Of a DNA stretch of 31,921 nt, positions 16,275-25,468 are shown one piece after another. Origin of the DNA: a virus (Duplodnaviria; Caudoviricetes); the IMG/VR virus record IMGVR_UViG_3300017747_000258, positions 1 through 31,921 of that record; one strand, given 5' to 3'. The stretch's first letter is position 1. Every line of letters starts with the position of its first letter. The translations under genes and the position numbers were made by a program. Under the pieces are notes generated by a model. It was not told the origin of the DNA. It did no database searches and worked only from the letters and a program-made list of their open reading frames with translations.

Positions 16275-17558
16275 ATGGGCGGTGGTGGCGGTAGCAATCA
16301 GGTACAGAGGTCGGAGGTTGTCCAGTCAACCCTCCCCGAATATGCACGTCCTTATTATGAAGGGTTGATGCAGCGTGCAGAGGCGAACCTAACGACGCCT
16401 TATCAGACTTATGGCCAAGAGCGTATTGCTGATTTTACGCAGCAGCAGCGGGGTGTCCAAAGTAATATCTTAAACCAGCAAACACCGGGTCAGTTTGGTA
16501 CTGCTACTGGACTTGCTTCTGATGTTGCGAACCGCTCAATCGCAGCGGGACAGTATACCCCGAGTCAGTTTAACGCCCAGCAAGTCAACGCACAACGAGT
16601 CGCTGCGCAGGATATGCAGGGTGCGCAATCCAACTACAACCCTAGCCTTAATTACTTCCAGATGCAGGGTCCGCAGATGTTCGGCGGTCAGCAGGCTGCG
16701 CAGTATATGTCGCCATTTATCCAGCAGGCGCTGGAACCTCAGATGCGCGAAGCCATTACAAGTGCTCGGCGTGGGCAGGTTGCACAAGACCTTGGCTCTG
16801 CGCGTCAGGGCACTTATGGCGGTAGCCGCCAACTTCTTGCTTCCATGGAGCGTGAGCGTAATCTCGGCCAGCAGATGGGTGATATTCAGTCTCGTGGTTT
16901 GCAGTCGGCGTATGAGAGTGCGCAGCAGCAGTTCGAGCGTGACCGCGCAGCGGGTATGACCACGGCGCAGCAGAACCAGCAGGCTGCTCTTGGTGTTCAA
17001 AATCTTGGGGCGGATATCGGCTCTCGCGTGGCATTAGCTAACCTGTCAAATGAGCAGCAGGCGCGGGTCAACAACCAAGCACTGCAACTCCAAGCTCAGG
17101 GTATGAATGCGGATAATGCACTTAAGGCGGCATTGGCTAACCAACAAGCTGACCTTGATAGGCAGCGTATGGCGGAGCAGTCGCGTCAGTTTGGTTCGCA
17201 GCAGGGTCTTGCAGGGTTGGCACAGGCTGGCCAGATGGGTCAGACGCTTTCTAATATCGGCTCGGCACAGTCGCAAGCCGACCAAGCGCGCTTTGGTTTG
17301 CAGACAAGCACAGCGGCACAGCAGCAAGCGATTAACCAGCAGCGTCTTGACCAACAATATCAAGACTTCTTGCGTCAGCGTGACTATCCGATGGAGCAGT
17401 TGCAGCAGTACAGCAGCTTGCTGCGCGGCGTTCCAGTAACACCTAGCTCGACGTCTACGACGTATGCTCCCAACGCTTCGCTAGGTTCGCAACTTATGGG
17501 TGGCGGTCTTGCTGCCGCTGGTATCTACAACACGGCTAATCGGGCGGGGTTAATTTAA
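16275..17558 (+). CDS. Gln/Ala-rich internal virion (ejection) protein
   Basis: AGGAG SD; MGGGGGS start, YMSPF, GTYGGSRQ and long Q/A helical tracts. Confidence 0.65.
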   Translation: MGGGGGSNQVQRSEVVQSTLPEYARPYYEGLMQRAEANLTTPYQTYGQERIADFTQQQRGVQSNILNQQTPGQFGTATGLASDVANRSIAAGQYTPSQFNAQQVNAQRVAAQDMQGAQSNYNPSLNYFQMQGPQMFGGQQAAQYMSPFIQQALEPQMREAITSARRGQVAQDLGSARQGTYGGSRQLLASMERERNLGQQMGDIQSRGLQSAYESAQQQFERDRAAGMTTAQQNQQAALGVQNLGADIGSRVALANLSNEQQARVNNQALQLQAQGMNADNALKAALANQQADLDRQRMAEQSRQFGSQQGLAGLAQAGQMGQTLSNIGSAQSQADQARFGLQTSTAAQQQAINQQRLDQQYQDFLRQRDYPMEQLQQYSSLLRGVPVTPSSTSTTYAPNASLGSQLMGGGLAAAGIYNTANRAGLI

Positions 17559-17559
17559 A

Positions 17560-18897
17560 ATGGATTCGAAACCATACATCTTGGAAGCTCCCCGGCAACT
17601 CCTTATGCAGTACGGGTACGACTTAGAAAAAATGGCTAAGGCTGCGGCTATGGGTATGGCCGACCCTACTGCTGTGGTGCTCGCTGGTATGCTTAAAAAA
17701 CGCGGAGATGCAGAGGCACAGAAAGCCCAAGTTCCACAGCAGACTATAGCGCAGCAAGTCTTTGCTCCTGCTGCGGCGGGTCTTGGTGCTACGCCACAAG
17801 CCGCAGCCATGCCGCCTATGAATGCTATGCCTCCAATGGGTGCGGCTCCTCCGCAGGGTGAAATGCCAATGATGGCTGAAGGCGGTATGGTCCCTCCTTA
17901 CGCTTCTGGCGGCGGTCTCTCCGATATGCCTCTGCCTGACGGTATGTTCGATGAGCCTAGCAACGGTGGCTTTGGTGATGGCTATCGCGGCGGTGGATTG
18001 GTTGCATTCGCCACGGGTAACGAAGTAGACGACGAAGCATATAGTCCTCCTGAAGAACTTGCGAAAGAACAACAGACCGGTGATATCGCAGCTTTTGGCG
18101 CGAAAACACCCCAAGTGAACCCTCTGGCGATGCAGGGTAGGGCTTTTGCGCCGTCACCTAACATACTTGCGAACTTTAAGCAGAATGTTCTTAGCAGCAG
18201 CGATCTATTCGATGAGCTATCGCCGTATAAGACCAAGAGGGCGAAGCAGCTTGAAGCACTCATTGAAGAGGAGATGTCTCCAGAGACACAGAAGTCTCGG
18301 GCCAAGGAAGATATGAATATGGCGATGATTAAGGCGGGGATTGCCATGGCAAGCACGCCCGGTTCTTTGCTCCAAGCTGCCACCGCAGGTGCTGGCGCAG
18401 CGCTCCCCGGTTTTGAAGCTGCTGCTAAGGAACGTCGTGGTGCGAAGCGCGCTCTAACCAAGGAACTGCTCGCTGAAGAACGGTTGAGCAATAAGGAACT
18501 TGCAGACCGCTTCGCTCTGTCTCTTGACATGGTGGTTAAGGGTATCGTTCCACTTGAAGAAGCATTCCAAGATCGGAACTTCCGTGATCGGTGGGAGACC
18601 TTGGGTCGTGACAGCCAAGAGCGTATTACTAAAATCAATGCGGCTGCGGGTATTCGACAGCAGCAGATTTCTACGTCAGGGTCACTTACTGTGGCTGGTA
18701 GGCAACTTGAGGGACAACGTATCGGTGCTGCCAACGCGATGGGGGATTTGGTTGATAGGATGCTAACGGTAGATGGTACTTACCAAGGGCTACTTGCTAC
18801 CAACCCAGCCGAAGCTTCTTTGTACCGCTCGGACTTGATTAAGAAGAACCTCGATAGGCAATTTGGCCCCGGTGCCATAGACTTAGGTAACTACTAA
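17560..18897 (+). CDS. Internal virion (ejection) protein
   Basis: Pro/Met-rich linker, [MY]AxGG motifs, helical C-terminus; positional context. Confidence 0.6.
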   Translation: MDSKPYILEAPRQLLMQYGYDLEKMAKAAAMGMADPTAVVLAGMLKKRGDAEAQKAQVPQQTIAQQVFAPAAAGLGATPQAAAMPPMNAMPPMGAAPPQGEMPMMAEGGMVPPYASGGGLSDMPLPDGMFDEPSNGGFGDGYRGGGLVAFATGNEVDDEAYSPPEELAKEQQTGDIAAFGAKTPQVNPLAMQGRAFAPSPNILANFKQNVLSSSDLFDELSPYKTKRAKQLEALIEEEMSPETQKSRAKEDMNMAMIKAGIAMASTPGSLLQAATAGAGAALPGFEAAAKERRGAKRALTKELLAEERLSNKELADRFALSLDMVVKGIVPLEEAFQDRNFRDRWETLGRDSQERITKINAAAGIRQQQISTSGSLTVAGRQLEGQRIGAANAMGDLVDRMLTVDGTYQGLLATNPAEASLYRSDLIKKNLDRQFGPGAIDLGNY

Positions 18898-18937
18898 GGG
18901 TAAGTGTAACGCTAACACCCATAAGAAAGCTGTATAG

Positions 18938-21900
18938 ATGCCCACTTACACGATGACAGGCCCCGATGGGCGTGTGTATAAGCTTGAAGCTGGAGCGGAT
19001 ATACCTAAGGAAAAGGTTGAAGCAGAGCTTCGTAGGCGTATTGGTGCGCAGTTAGGGGAGCAATCGACCCCTGCCGTTGTCGCACCTGCCGACGCTGCAC
19101 CAGTCCCCGTGGCTGCACCTACAAAGCAAGTTAAAGAGACAGCGTTAGAAAAAATACCCTATGTGGGTAAACCACTTGCCTTTTTAGCTGATATACCCAT
19201 GGGGATTATGAAAGGCACCGGGGCCGGGGTTGAGGCTATTGCTGGTGCTGCGGGTGCAGGGACAGACATCCGTAAAGCAATCAAAGACGTGCAGGAGATG
19301 GTTGACGAGTATATGTCTGCGTCTTCCAAGGAGGATGCACAAAAGCAGTCGAGCATCCTAAAAGAAGCCGAGGATAAAGGCATCCTTAATCAGGTGGCCG
19401 CAGGTATTAACGCCTTCGCCGTGGCTCCGATTGATACACTTACACAGGCTTTCGGTACGGCGGCGGCACCTATAGGGGCTACTGCCGCTGCTACTTATGC
19501 AGGTGCTCCTGCCGCTGTTGTTACTGGTGCAGGTGTTGTTACTGGTGGCCTCATGGGGCTAGGTGGCACTAAGAACGTTATATATGACGCAGTGCGCGAA
19601 GAGTATATAAAAGCAGGTGTATCAGAAGCTAAAGCCGAAGCTCTTGCCGATGCAGCGCAAGCATATAGTGGAGAAAACCTCGGACAAATCCTCCTTGGAG
19701 GTACGCTAGGTGCGATATCGGGTGTTGCCGGTATCGAAGGCGCTCTATCTAAGGTAGTGGGTCAGCGTGTGTTTGGGCGTCTTGCTGCAGAAAAAGCGGG
19801 TAAGGAAGCCGCCAAAAGTGTGGGACGTCGTGCACTGGGTGTTGCGGCTAAAGAAGGTGCCCCTGAGTTTATTCAGGGCGCGCAAGAAAAGCTTGCCACG
19901 AACCTTGCCCTTCAACGCGAAGGTTTCGACGTTGATACCATGCGCGGTGTGATTAGTTCCGGTACGATTGAAGGTATTGCTGGCGCGGGTCTAGGAGCGG
20001 GTATAGGTGCAGTTTCGGGCGGAGTAGATGGTGAAGTCGAGACCGGAACGAATCTAGCTAATTCCCCTCAAGTCGAGCAGGAATTTTACCGCTTGGTTAC
20101 TGCTGAGACGCAGGCGCTGCGTGACCAGAACCCTGACCTAACTCAACGTCAAGCCTATAACCAAGTCGTTAAGGACGCGGGTAAGCTGTACGACACAGCA
20201 ATCCTTAACACTATGCTTGGCGCAGAAGGAGCTACAGATGTCGCTGATGTTAATACCGGAGTGGATGACCTCGGAGGAACTGGAACAGGCACTGCTCCTG
20301 ATTTCGGAACCGCACCGCCCGCACCCAGTGCTACAGGCGTTGGAGAAACTATCGGAGGAGGACTGGAGCGACCTGTTTCTGGCGTATCAGTTTCTGATGT
20401 TGGCGCGGGAGCGGGAGTCGGTGCACTAGATGAAGCCAAGAACACCCTCGCTAACAAAAAGATCAAGCTGACCGAACGCGTTGACGTAGCTAGGCAGCTA
20501 CTGAACGACACGATACTCAACAACAAGCTTGTCAACGATGTTGACCAAAAGCAGTACGATGCGGCTAAGAACCAGCTTGCGAACGGTAAGCATAACGGTG
20601 ACCCTATGGCTGCGCTCGAAGCGGTTACAGGCAAGAAGTTCGCTGCCCCACCTCTGCCTCCTGCGACTACTGTCGCAGCACCGACTATTGAGGCTGCGCC
20701 TTCCATCGACGAAGTGGCTGTGGCTCCTGTTGCTGACGCGATTAAATCAGTCGCTACCACTACTCCTGATGTTGGCCCTATCCCGACCTTAGCTCAAACA
20801 AGCGCACAGCAGTTGGGTATTGCGCCTACGGTTGAAACCGCGCCTGAGATAGCGGCTACGCCTGATGTAGCTGTACAGGAAGATGTACAGGGTTATGTCG
20901 ATACACGACGGCAAGAGCTAGCAGCGCAAGAAGCTGCGGATGCCGAAGCCGAGGCGACCCTACGACAAGAAATCGAAGCGCGTAAGCAGCAAGAAGGAGT
21001 TGCACCTGCGCCAGTAACCGAAGAGATCGCACCCGAGGTAGTTGCTGCACCTGTTGAGGAAGCAGCGCCAGAAGCCGACCCTTATACTGACGTACTTGCG
21101 GACATTGAGGCGGCGCTAGCTGACGAGGCGATTGACGCAAAGACACATAAGCTGCTTACCTCGGCGGTAGAACGTCGCTTGCCACTGGAAAAAATTGAGG
21201 CCCAACTTGACGCAGCCCGCACGCGGAGTGCTGAGCGAGCTATGGGTGGCGGACGCTTCCGTCCGGGTGAACCCGGTAATATCACGTTGGACCAAGTCAT
21301 CCCCATCTTAGAAGACACGGCGGAGCGCACTGGTGTGCCAATGCCGAATATCGTCCAGTCAGTAGCTGACTTACCCCCTGCGCTTCAGGCGGCTGCTATT
21401 AGTGGAAGTAGTCTTACCCCATCAGGTGCAATAGACGCGGATGGTAATGTCTACATCATAGCAGATAACCTAACCACTGTCGAAGAAGCTGTAGCTACGC
21501 TTTTCCACGAAACCTTAGGGCATATGGGTCTTGCGAAGCAATTCCGGCAGCGGCTGGATAAAGTTCTGCGTGGTATGTACGACACCAACCGCAACCTGCG
21601 GGCTGAAACTAATGCTTGGCGGGAGCAAAACCCAGACGCATATAGCGAGGACGCAGACCCGATTGCCCGTGCAGTCGAGGAAATACTTGCACAGCGGTCT
21701 GAAGCAGGGCGGATTGAAGCAAGCCTGTTCGCTAAGCTAGCTGCTATTATAAAAGACTTTGCTCGTCGTATGCGCATCAAGGCAGCTTTTTCTGACGCGG
21801 AAATTACCACTATCCTTGCGATGGCCCATGACCAAGCAATTATGTTCCGCCCCGGCGAACGCGAGGTATTAGGAGGGATAGTCCCACAACCTCCAGAACG

Positions 21901-24900
21901 TGAAGCCCCTGCACCTAAGGTAGTATCCAATGGCAAGCAGGTCGTTCTGACCGAAGCGCAGAAGCGCACAGCGCTGGCCAAAGCTAAGGCTGCTCGGGAG
22001 AAGATGAACCGTATCCAGAAGCGAATTGCATCTACCAACGACACTGCTGATGTTCTGAGTGGTGGTATCGACCTCGTTAAACTGGCGCGTGGTGACAAGG
22101 AAAACTTGGCACTCCTTAGTGGTGCCATTGACGCCGTTGATGTAGGTAAGTGGCAGTTGATCCTACCAACCCTCTCGACCGAGGACATCTTCCGCATCCT
22201 TAAGGGGCGCATTCCGGGTCTCATAGAGTCTGACCGTATCACTCGGCAAGATATCCCACGGTTCCAGAGCAAGGAATATGGCCTTCTTGCAGAAGAGTTG
22301 GAGCAGATATCTGAGTTCCTGAAGAAGTACCCGAAGGCTGCACAGGCTCTATCGGACCTTGAGTTCGCTTCCGTGGCGTATCAGGTTGACCCGACGAAGG
22401 CAGCTACGCCTGAGGAGTATGCCAAGCTCGACAAGAAAACCAAGGAGCTTCAGACCGAACTAGGTAGCGTCACGGCTGGCGATGCCAAAGGCAAAAAGAA
22501 AGTCGAAGACAAAATCGCTCGTCGGTTTGCTGACATTAAAAGCGTCTACGTAGGTGTGCCCGGTGATGAGCGCGTGCTTGGTTGGCGTGACCTTGGTCGT
22601 CCGGAGTTTGGTGGCAATAAGGGCAAGGAAATATTCAAGCTTATCCGTGACGCGCATCGCCGTGATCTGGAAACTAAGTATAATATGCTTCGTAACCGCC
22701 TCAAGGAGACCAAGAAGGACAAAGACCTCGCTGAGGCATTGGAGAAGCTCGAAGCACAGTTCAAACCGGCATTGGAGCAGGTCATCTACTTCCCGGCCAT
22801 GCGCTTTGGTTCCTACTACGCACGTGTGGGTACGGGGGCTAATAGCGTCTTCAAGATGTTTGAAACGCGGCGCAAGCGTAACCAGTTTGTGCGGTTGATG
22901 AAAGTCCGTGGTGAAGAAGTCACCGATATCGGTAACGTCGAAGACCTACGGAACAACTTCGAGCAGATGGCGGGCGGTCCGTTGAAGGGAGTCCTCGACC
23001 TGTTTGGTGACAACCCCAAGGATATTGGTGCGTTGAAGAGCCAAGTCTTCGACCTATGGCTTCAGACTATGTCGGCTGGCGATATGCGCAAGCACATGGC
23101 TCCTCGTAAGATGCGCGCTGGTTATAGCACTGACATCTTGAAGAACTTTGCCACCTTCCGGCGCTCGTCCATTAACGATGTGAAACGCGCCAAGTTCGGT
23201 GAGCAACTGCGGATAGAGATTTCCCGGGCCAAGGATATGGTCAAGGATATGCCTGACCGCGAGAAGATGGAGGTTTTCATCAAGGAGATTGAACTCCGCA
23301 CGATGAACAGCCTGACGCCGGAAGCCCTTGGAAACAGCGCCTTAAACAAGATGATTGAGCTTGGTAACAAGGCGGCGTTCTACCAGTATCTGGCTAACCC
23401 TAAGACCGGCGTTATCCAGCTTACACAGCTTCACATCGTGGCGCTCCCGATACTGGCCCAGAAATACGGCCACGTTAATGCTACCGCTGCGTTGGCCAAG
23501 TACGGCTTTTCTGCTCTAGGTGGTTTTGCTACCAGCCCGCTCACGGCGATAAAGAAGGAAGACGGCAGCTATACCTTCAACTGGGAGCAACCAACCTTAC
23601 TGGATAACCCGGTAACTGGGATGAAGGAAGAAAGCGACCCAGAACTCTACGAAGTATTGTCTGAAGGGTGGAACGAAGGCCGCGAACTCAACATATTCAT
23701 GGATACATTTGCTAACGAGATTGGTGGTTTTGCTAACGCTGACCCCCAACAAAGCAGTGCTATTCAGGAGCTTATGAAGGGTCGTGTTCACACGGCTACT
23801 TGGCGTGGTGGGGTTTTTGTCCTCGACGCGATGGGGTCACTCATGCACCAGATGGAGCGCGTGAACCGCGAGGCTACCTACATGGCTGCGCTGGAACTGG
23901 CATACCGAGAGAACAAGGAGAAGGGCCAGACCCACGCCGAAGCAAAGAAGAACGCCATTGAAGCTGCTGTGGATACCACGCTAGCGGCTACGTTCGACTT
24001 CTCGTCGTATAACAAACCGCGTATTCTGACATCGCCGGTAGGGCGCGTTGCCGGTCAGTTCTACAGCTTCCCCTATATGATGTCGTCGCTGCTGATACGG
24101 AATATGTACACAGCGATTAAAATAGGAAAGCTTGAACCCGGAGAGCGCGTAGCCGCTATTGAGATAGCCACTGGCACGCTACTTAATTTGTTTGCGTACG
24201 CAGGGGTTAAGGGTGTCCCACTATATGGCGTCACCATGGGTATTGCCAGCATGGTGCTTTGGCTCGCTTCGCAGTTCGACGACGATGACGAAGAAGGTGG
24301 CCTGAGCTACATCGACAAGGATGGCAACATCAAGGCCACTTATAATGTTGACTGGTGGTTCCGGAATGTTTGGATACCCAAGTTCTTCGGCAAGGGTGGA
24401 ACGGTTCAAAACCTATTCGGGTACGATGACGATACCGCTGCTACAGTAGCTCTATCCATGGAAAAAGGGCCGATTTCGGCTATTACTGATGTTGACGTTG
24501 CCAACTCAGTAGCGTTGGACTTCATGTTCTTCGTTCCGGAGGAACCACGTGCAAAAACTCCTGAGGGCGTAGCGGGAGAATTAATGCTCAACTTCCTCGG
24601 CGGCGCGACCGCCAGTACGGGTATAGATTACTACAAAGCCATAGATGATCTGATGAACGGTTATACCAACCGTGCCTTAGAAAAAACGCCGAAGGTCTTT
24701 TCAAACGTGGCCAAAGCCAACCGCTTTGCTGAAGAAGGCCAGTTGAATTACGACCGCGAACTAGTTGGGATGCCTGAAGAGTTTTGGACTAGCGACAAAG
24801 TTGCGCTCCAGATGCTCGGGTTTGCCTCAACTGAAGCCAGCCAGCGGCAGGAACAGAACTATGAAGGCAGGAAGATTACGCAGAAGGTCAAGGCTTCTCG

Positions 24901-25186
24901 TGACGAGACACTGGCTAAGTTCCGCAAACTTGCGCTTGATAAGCACCAGTACGGGTTTACCCCCGAGGTGGCGAAGGCTCATAAAGAGTTTATGAAAGAG
25001 TGGGGCGAGTACAACAGGACGTTCCCAACCGACGTCATCAGCATCGACACGCTGTATGAGGTGGAGAGCAATGCTATCAATGCCGTACTGCGAAGTAAAG
25101 CTACCCGTGGTGTGCCGCTCGACGATAAGGGTAAGACCCCATATATGCGGGATATTCTCAAGCGCCGCGTGGAGGCAGAGAAATAA
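18938..25186 (+). CDS. Large polyvalent internal virion/ejection protein (2082 aa) with zincin-like metallopeptidase and PLxRFG-like motifs
   Basis: HETLGH at 21506-21523 with downstream EE (21677); YFPAMRFG at 22787-22810; Gly/Ala hydrophobic N-terminal third; last gene of the late region. Confidence 0.75.
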   Translation: MPTYTMTGPDGRVYKLEAGADIPKEKVEAELRRRIGAQLGEQSTPAVVAPADAAPVPVAAPTKQVKETALEKIPYVGKPLAFLADIPMGIMKGTGAGVEAIAGAAGAGTDIRKAIKDVQEMVDEYMSASSKEDAQKQSSILKEAEDKGILNQVAAGINAFAVAPIDTLTQAFGTAAAPIGATAAATYAGAPAAVVTGAGVVTGGLMGLGGTKNVIYDAVREEYIKAGVSEAKAEALADAAQAYSGENLGQILLGGTLGAISGVAGIEGALSKVVGQRVFGRLAAEKAGKEAAKSVGRRALGVAAKEGAPEFIQGAQEKLATNLALQREGFDVDTMRGVISSGTIEGIAGAGLGAGIGAVSGGVDGEVETGTNLANSPQVEQEFYRLVTAETQALRDQNPDLTQRQAYNQVVKDAGKLYDTAILNTMLGAEGATDVADVNTGVDDLGGTGTGTAPDFGTAPPAPSATGVGETIGGGLERPVSGVSVSDVGAGAGVGALDEAKNTLANKKIKLTERVDVARQLLNDTILNNKLVNDVDQKQYDAAKNQLANGKHNGDPMAALEAVTGKKFAAPPLPPATTVAAPTIEAAPSIDEVAVAPVADAIKSVATTTPDVGPIPTLAQTSAQQLGIAPTVETAPEIAATPDVAVQEDVQGYVDTRRQELAAQEAADAEAEATLRQEIEARKQQEGVAPAPVTEEIAPEVVAAPVEEAAPEADPYTDVLADIEAALADEAIDAKTHKLLTSAVERRLPLEKIEAQLDAARTRSAERAMGGGRFRPGEPGNITLDQVIPILEDTAERTGVPMPNIVQSVADLPPALQAAAISGSSLTPSGAIDADGNVYIIADNLTTVEEAVATLFHETLGHMGLAKQFRQRLDKVLRGMYDTNRNLRAETNAWREQNPDAYSEDADPIARAVEEILAQRSEAGRIEASLFAKLAAIIKDFARRMRIKAAFSDAEITTILAMAHDQAIMFRPGEREVLGGIVPQPPEREAPAPKVVSNGKQVVLTEAQKRTALAKAKAAREKMNRIQKRIASTNDTADVLSGGIDLVKLARGDKENLALLSGAIDAVDVGKWQLILPTLSTEDIFRILKGRIPGLIESDRITRQDIPRFQSKEYGLLAEELEQISEFLKKYPKAAQALSDLEFASVAYQVDPTKAATPEEYAKLDKKTKELQTELGSVTAGDAKGKKKVEDKIARRFADIKSVYVGVPGDERVLGWRDLGRPEFGGNKGKEIFKLIRDAHRRDLETKYNMLRNRLKETKKDKDLAEALEKLEAQFKPALEQVIYFPAMRFGSYYARVGTGANSVFKMFETRRKRNQFVRLMKVRGEEVTDIGNVEDLRNNFEQMAGGPLKGVLDLFGDNPKDIGALKSQVFDLWLQTMSAGDMRKHMAPRKMRAGYSTDILKNFATFRRSSINDVKRAKFGEQLRIEISRAKDMVKDMPDREKMEVFIKEIELRTMNSLTPEALGNSALNKMIELGNKAAFYQYLANPKTGVIQLTQLHIVALPILAQKYGHVNATAALAKYGFSALGGFATSPLTAIKKEDGSYTFNWEQPTLLDNPVTGMKEESDPELYEVLSEGWNEGRELNIFMDTFANEIGGFANADPQQSSAIQELMKGRVHTATWRGGVFVLDAMGSLMHQMERVNREATYMAALELAYRENKEKGQTHAEAKKNAIEAAVDTTLAATFDFSSYNKPRILTSPVGRVAGQFYSFPYMMSSLLIRNMYTAIKIGKLEPGERVAAIEIATGTLLNLFAYAGVKGVPLYGVTMGIASMVLWLASQFDDDDEEGGLSYIDKDGNIKATYNVDWWFRNVWIPKFFGKGGTVQNLFGYDDDTAATVALSMEKGPISAITDVDVANSVALDFMFFVPEEPRAKTPEGVAGELMLNFLGGATASTGIDYYKAIDDLMNGYTNRALEKTPKVFSNVAKANRFAEEGQLNYDRELVGMPEEFWTSDKVALQMLGFASTEASQRQEQNYEGRKITQKVKASRDETLAKFRKLALDKHQYGFTPEVAKAHKEFMKEWGEYNRTFPTDVISIDTLYEVESNAINAVLRSKATRGVPLDDKGKTPYMRDILKRRVEAEK
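20238..20429 (+). CDS. Overprinted 63-aa gene in the +1 frame of the giant ejection protein gene
   Basis: GAAGGAG (20225-20231), 6-nt spacer, ATG; protein-like amphipathic helical sequence; 11 of 16 host-frame Gly codons in the overlap are GGA. Confidence 0.65.
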   Translation: MSLMLIPEWMTSEELEQALLLISEPHRPHPVLQALEKLSEEDWSDLFLAYQFLMLARERESVH

Positions 25187-25218
25187 AAAGCCCCCCAGTT
25201 GGTGCAAACTGGGGGGCT
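25184..25218 (-). terminator. Intrinsic terminator for minus-strand transcription
   Basis: 12-bp perfect stem AGCCCCCCAGTT/AACTGGGGGGCT (25189-25200 / 25207-25218) with 6-nt loop; the U-rich tail is on the minus strand only. Confidence 0.85.
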
Positions 25219-25261
25219 AGCGGTACGAGAAGTACCGAAGGGAAGGAGCAAACTTCCTGAC
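25184..25261 (-). ncRNA. Candidate three-hairpin small RNA with anti-SD-like segments
   Basis: Hairpins GGAAG-UUUGCUC-CUUCC (25241-25257) and CGGUAC-UUCUC-GUACCG (25221-25237), then the terminator; possible dedicated promoter upstream. Confidence 0.4.
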
Positions 25262-25266
25262 ACGAG

Positions 25267-25295
25267 GTGATACTCACTGACGCCAGATACGTAAA
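25267..25295 (-). promoter_or_regulatory. Possible sigma70-type promoter for the candidate sRNA
   Basis: TTTACG (25295-25290), 17 nt, TATCAC (25272-25267); lacks the -7T. Confidence 0.3.
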
Positions 25296-25468
25296 CCCCT
25301 AATCCCGTCGTAAATGACGACTTTCATCAAAATTTTTATCCGTAGACGTCCACAGACGTCCATTATGCTCCGCTTGGCCTCCACAGTGTCGAGGCAAGGG
25401 AAGAACATTGACCTACCCTTTTTGAAGGTACGCCAGTCAATGTCGTAGTCAATCTCCCCCACTCTCAT
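25274..25468 (-). CDS. Small hypothetical protein, last gene of the replication operon
   Basis: 64 aa; GGAG SD upstream; SMFFPCLD and GLRIWR motifs; overlaps the primase-helicase end. Confidence 0.7.
   Translation of the reverse strand: MRVGEIDYDIDWRTFKKGRSMFFPCLDTVEAKRSIMDVCGRLRIKILMKVVIYDGIRGLRIWRQ

Noticed and set aside
20529-20792. Second alternative-frame ORF in the giant gene
   Set aside because: No SD and a Leu/Arg/Ser-rich shadow composition, unlike 20238..20429.
17982-22272. Long antisense ORFs (17982-18734, 20155-20760, 21451-22272)
   Set aside because: Ser/Arg/Ala-rich shadows of the sense genes with no recognisable motif or RBS.
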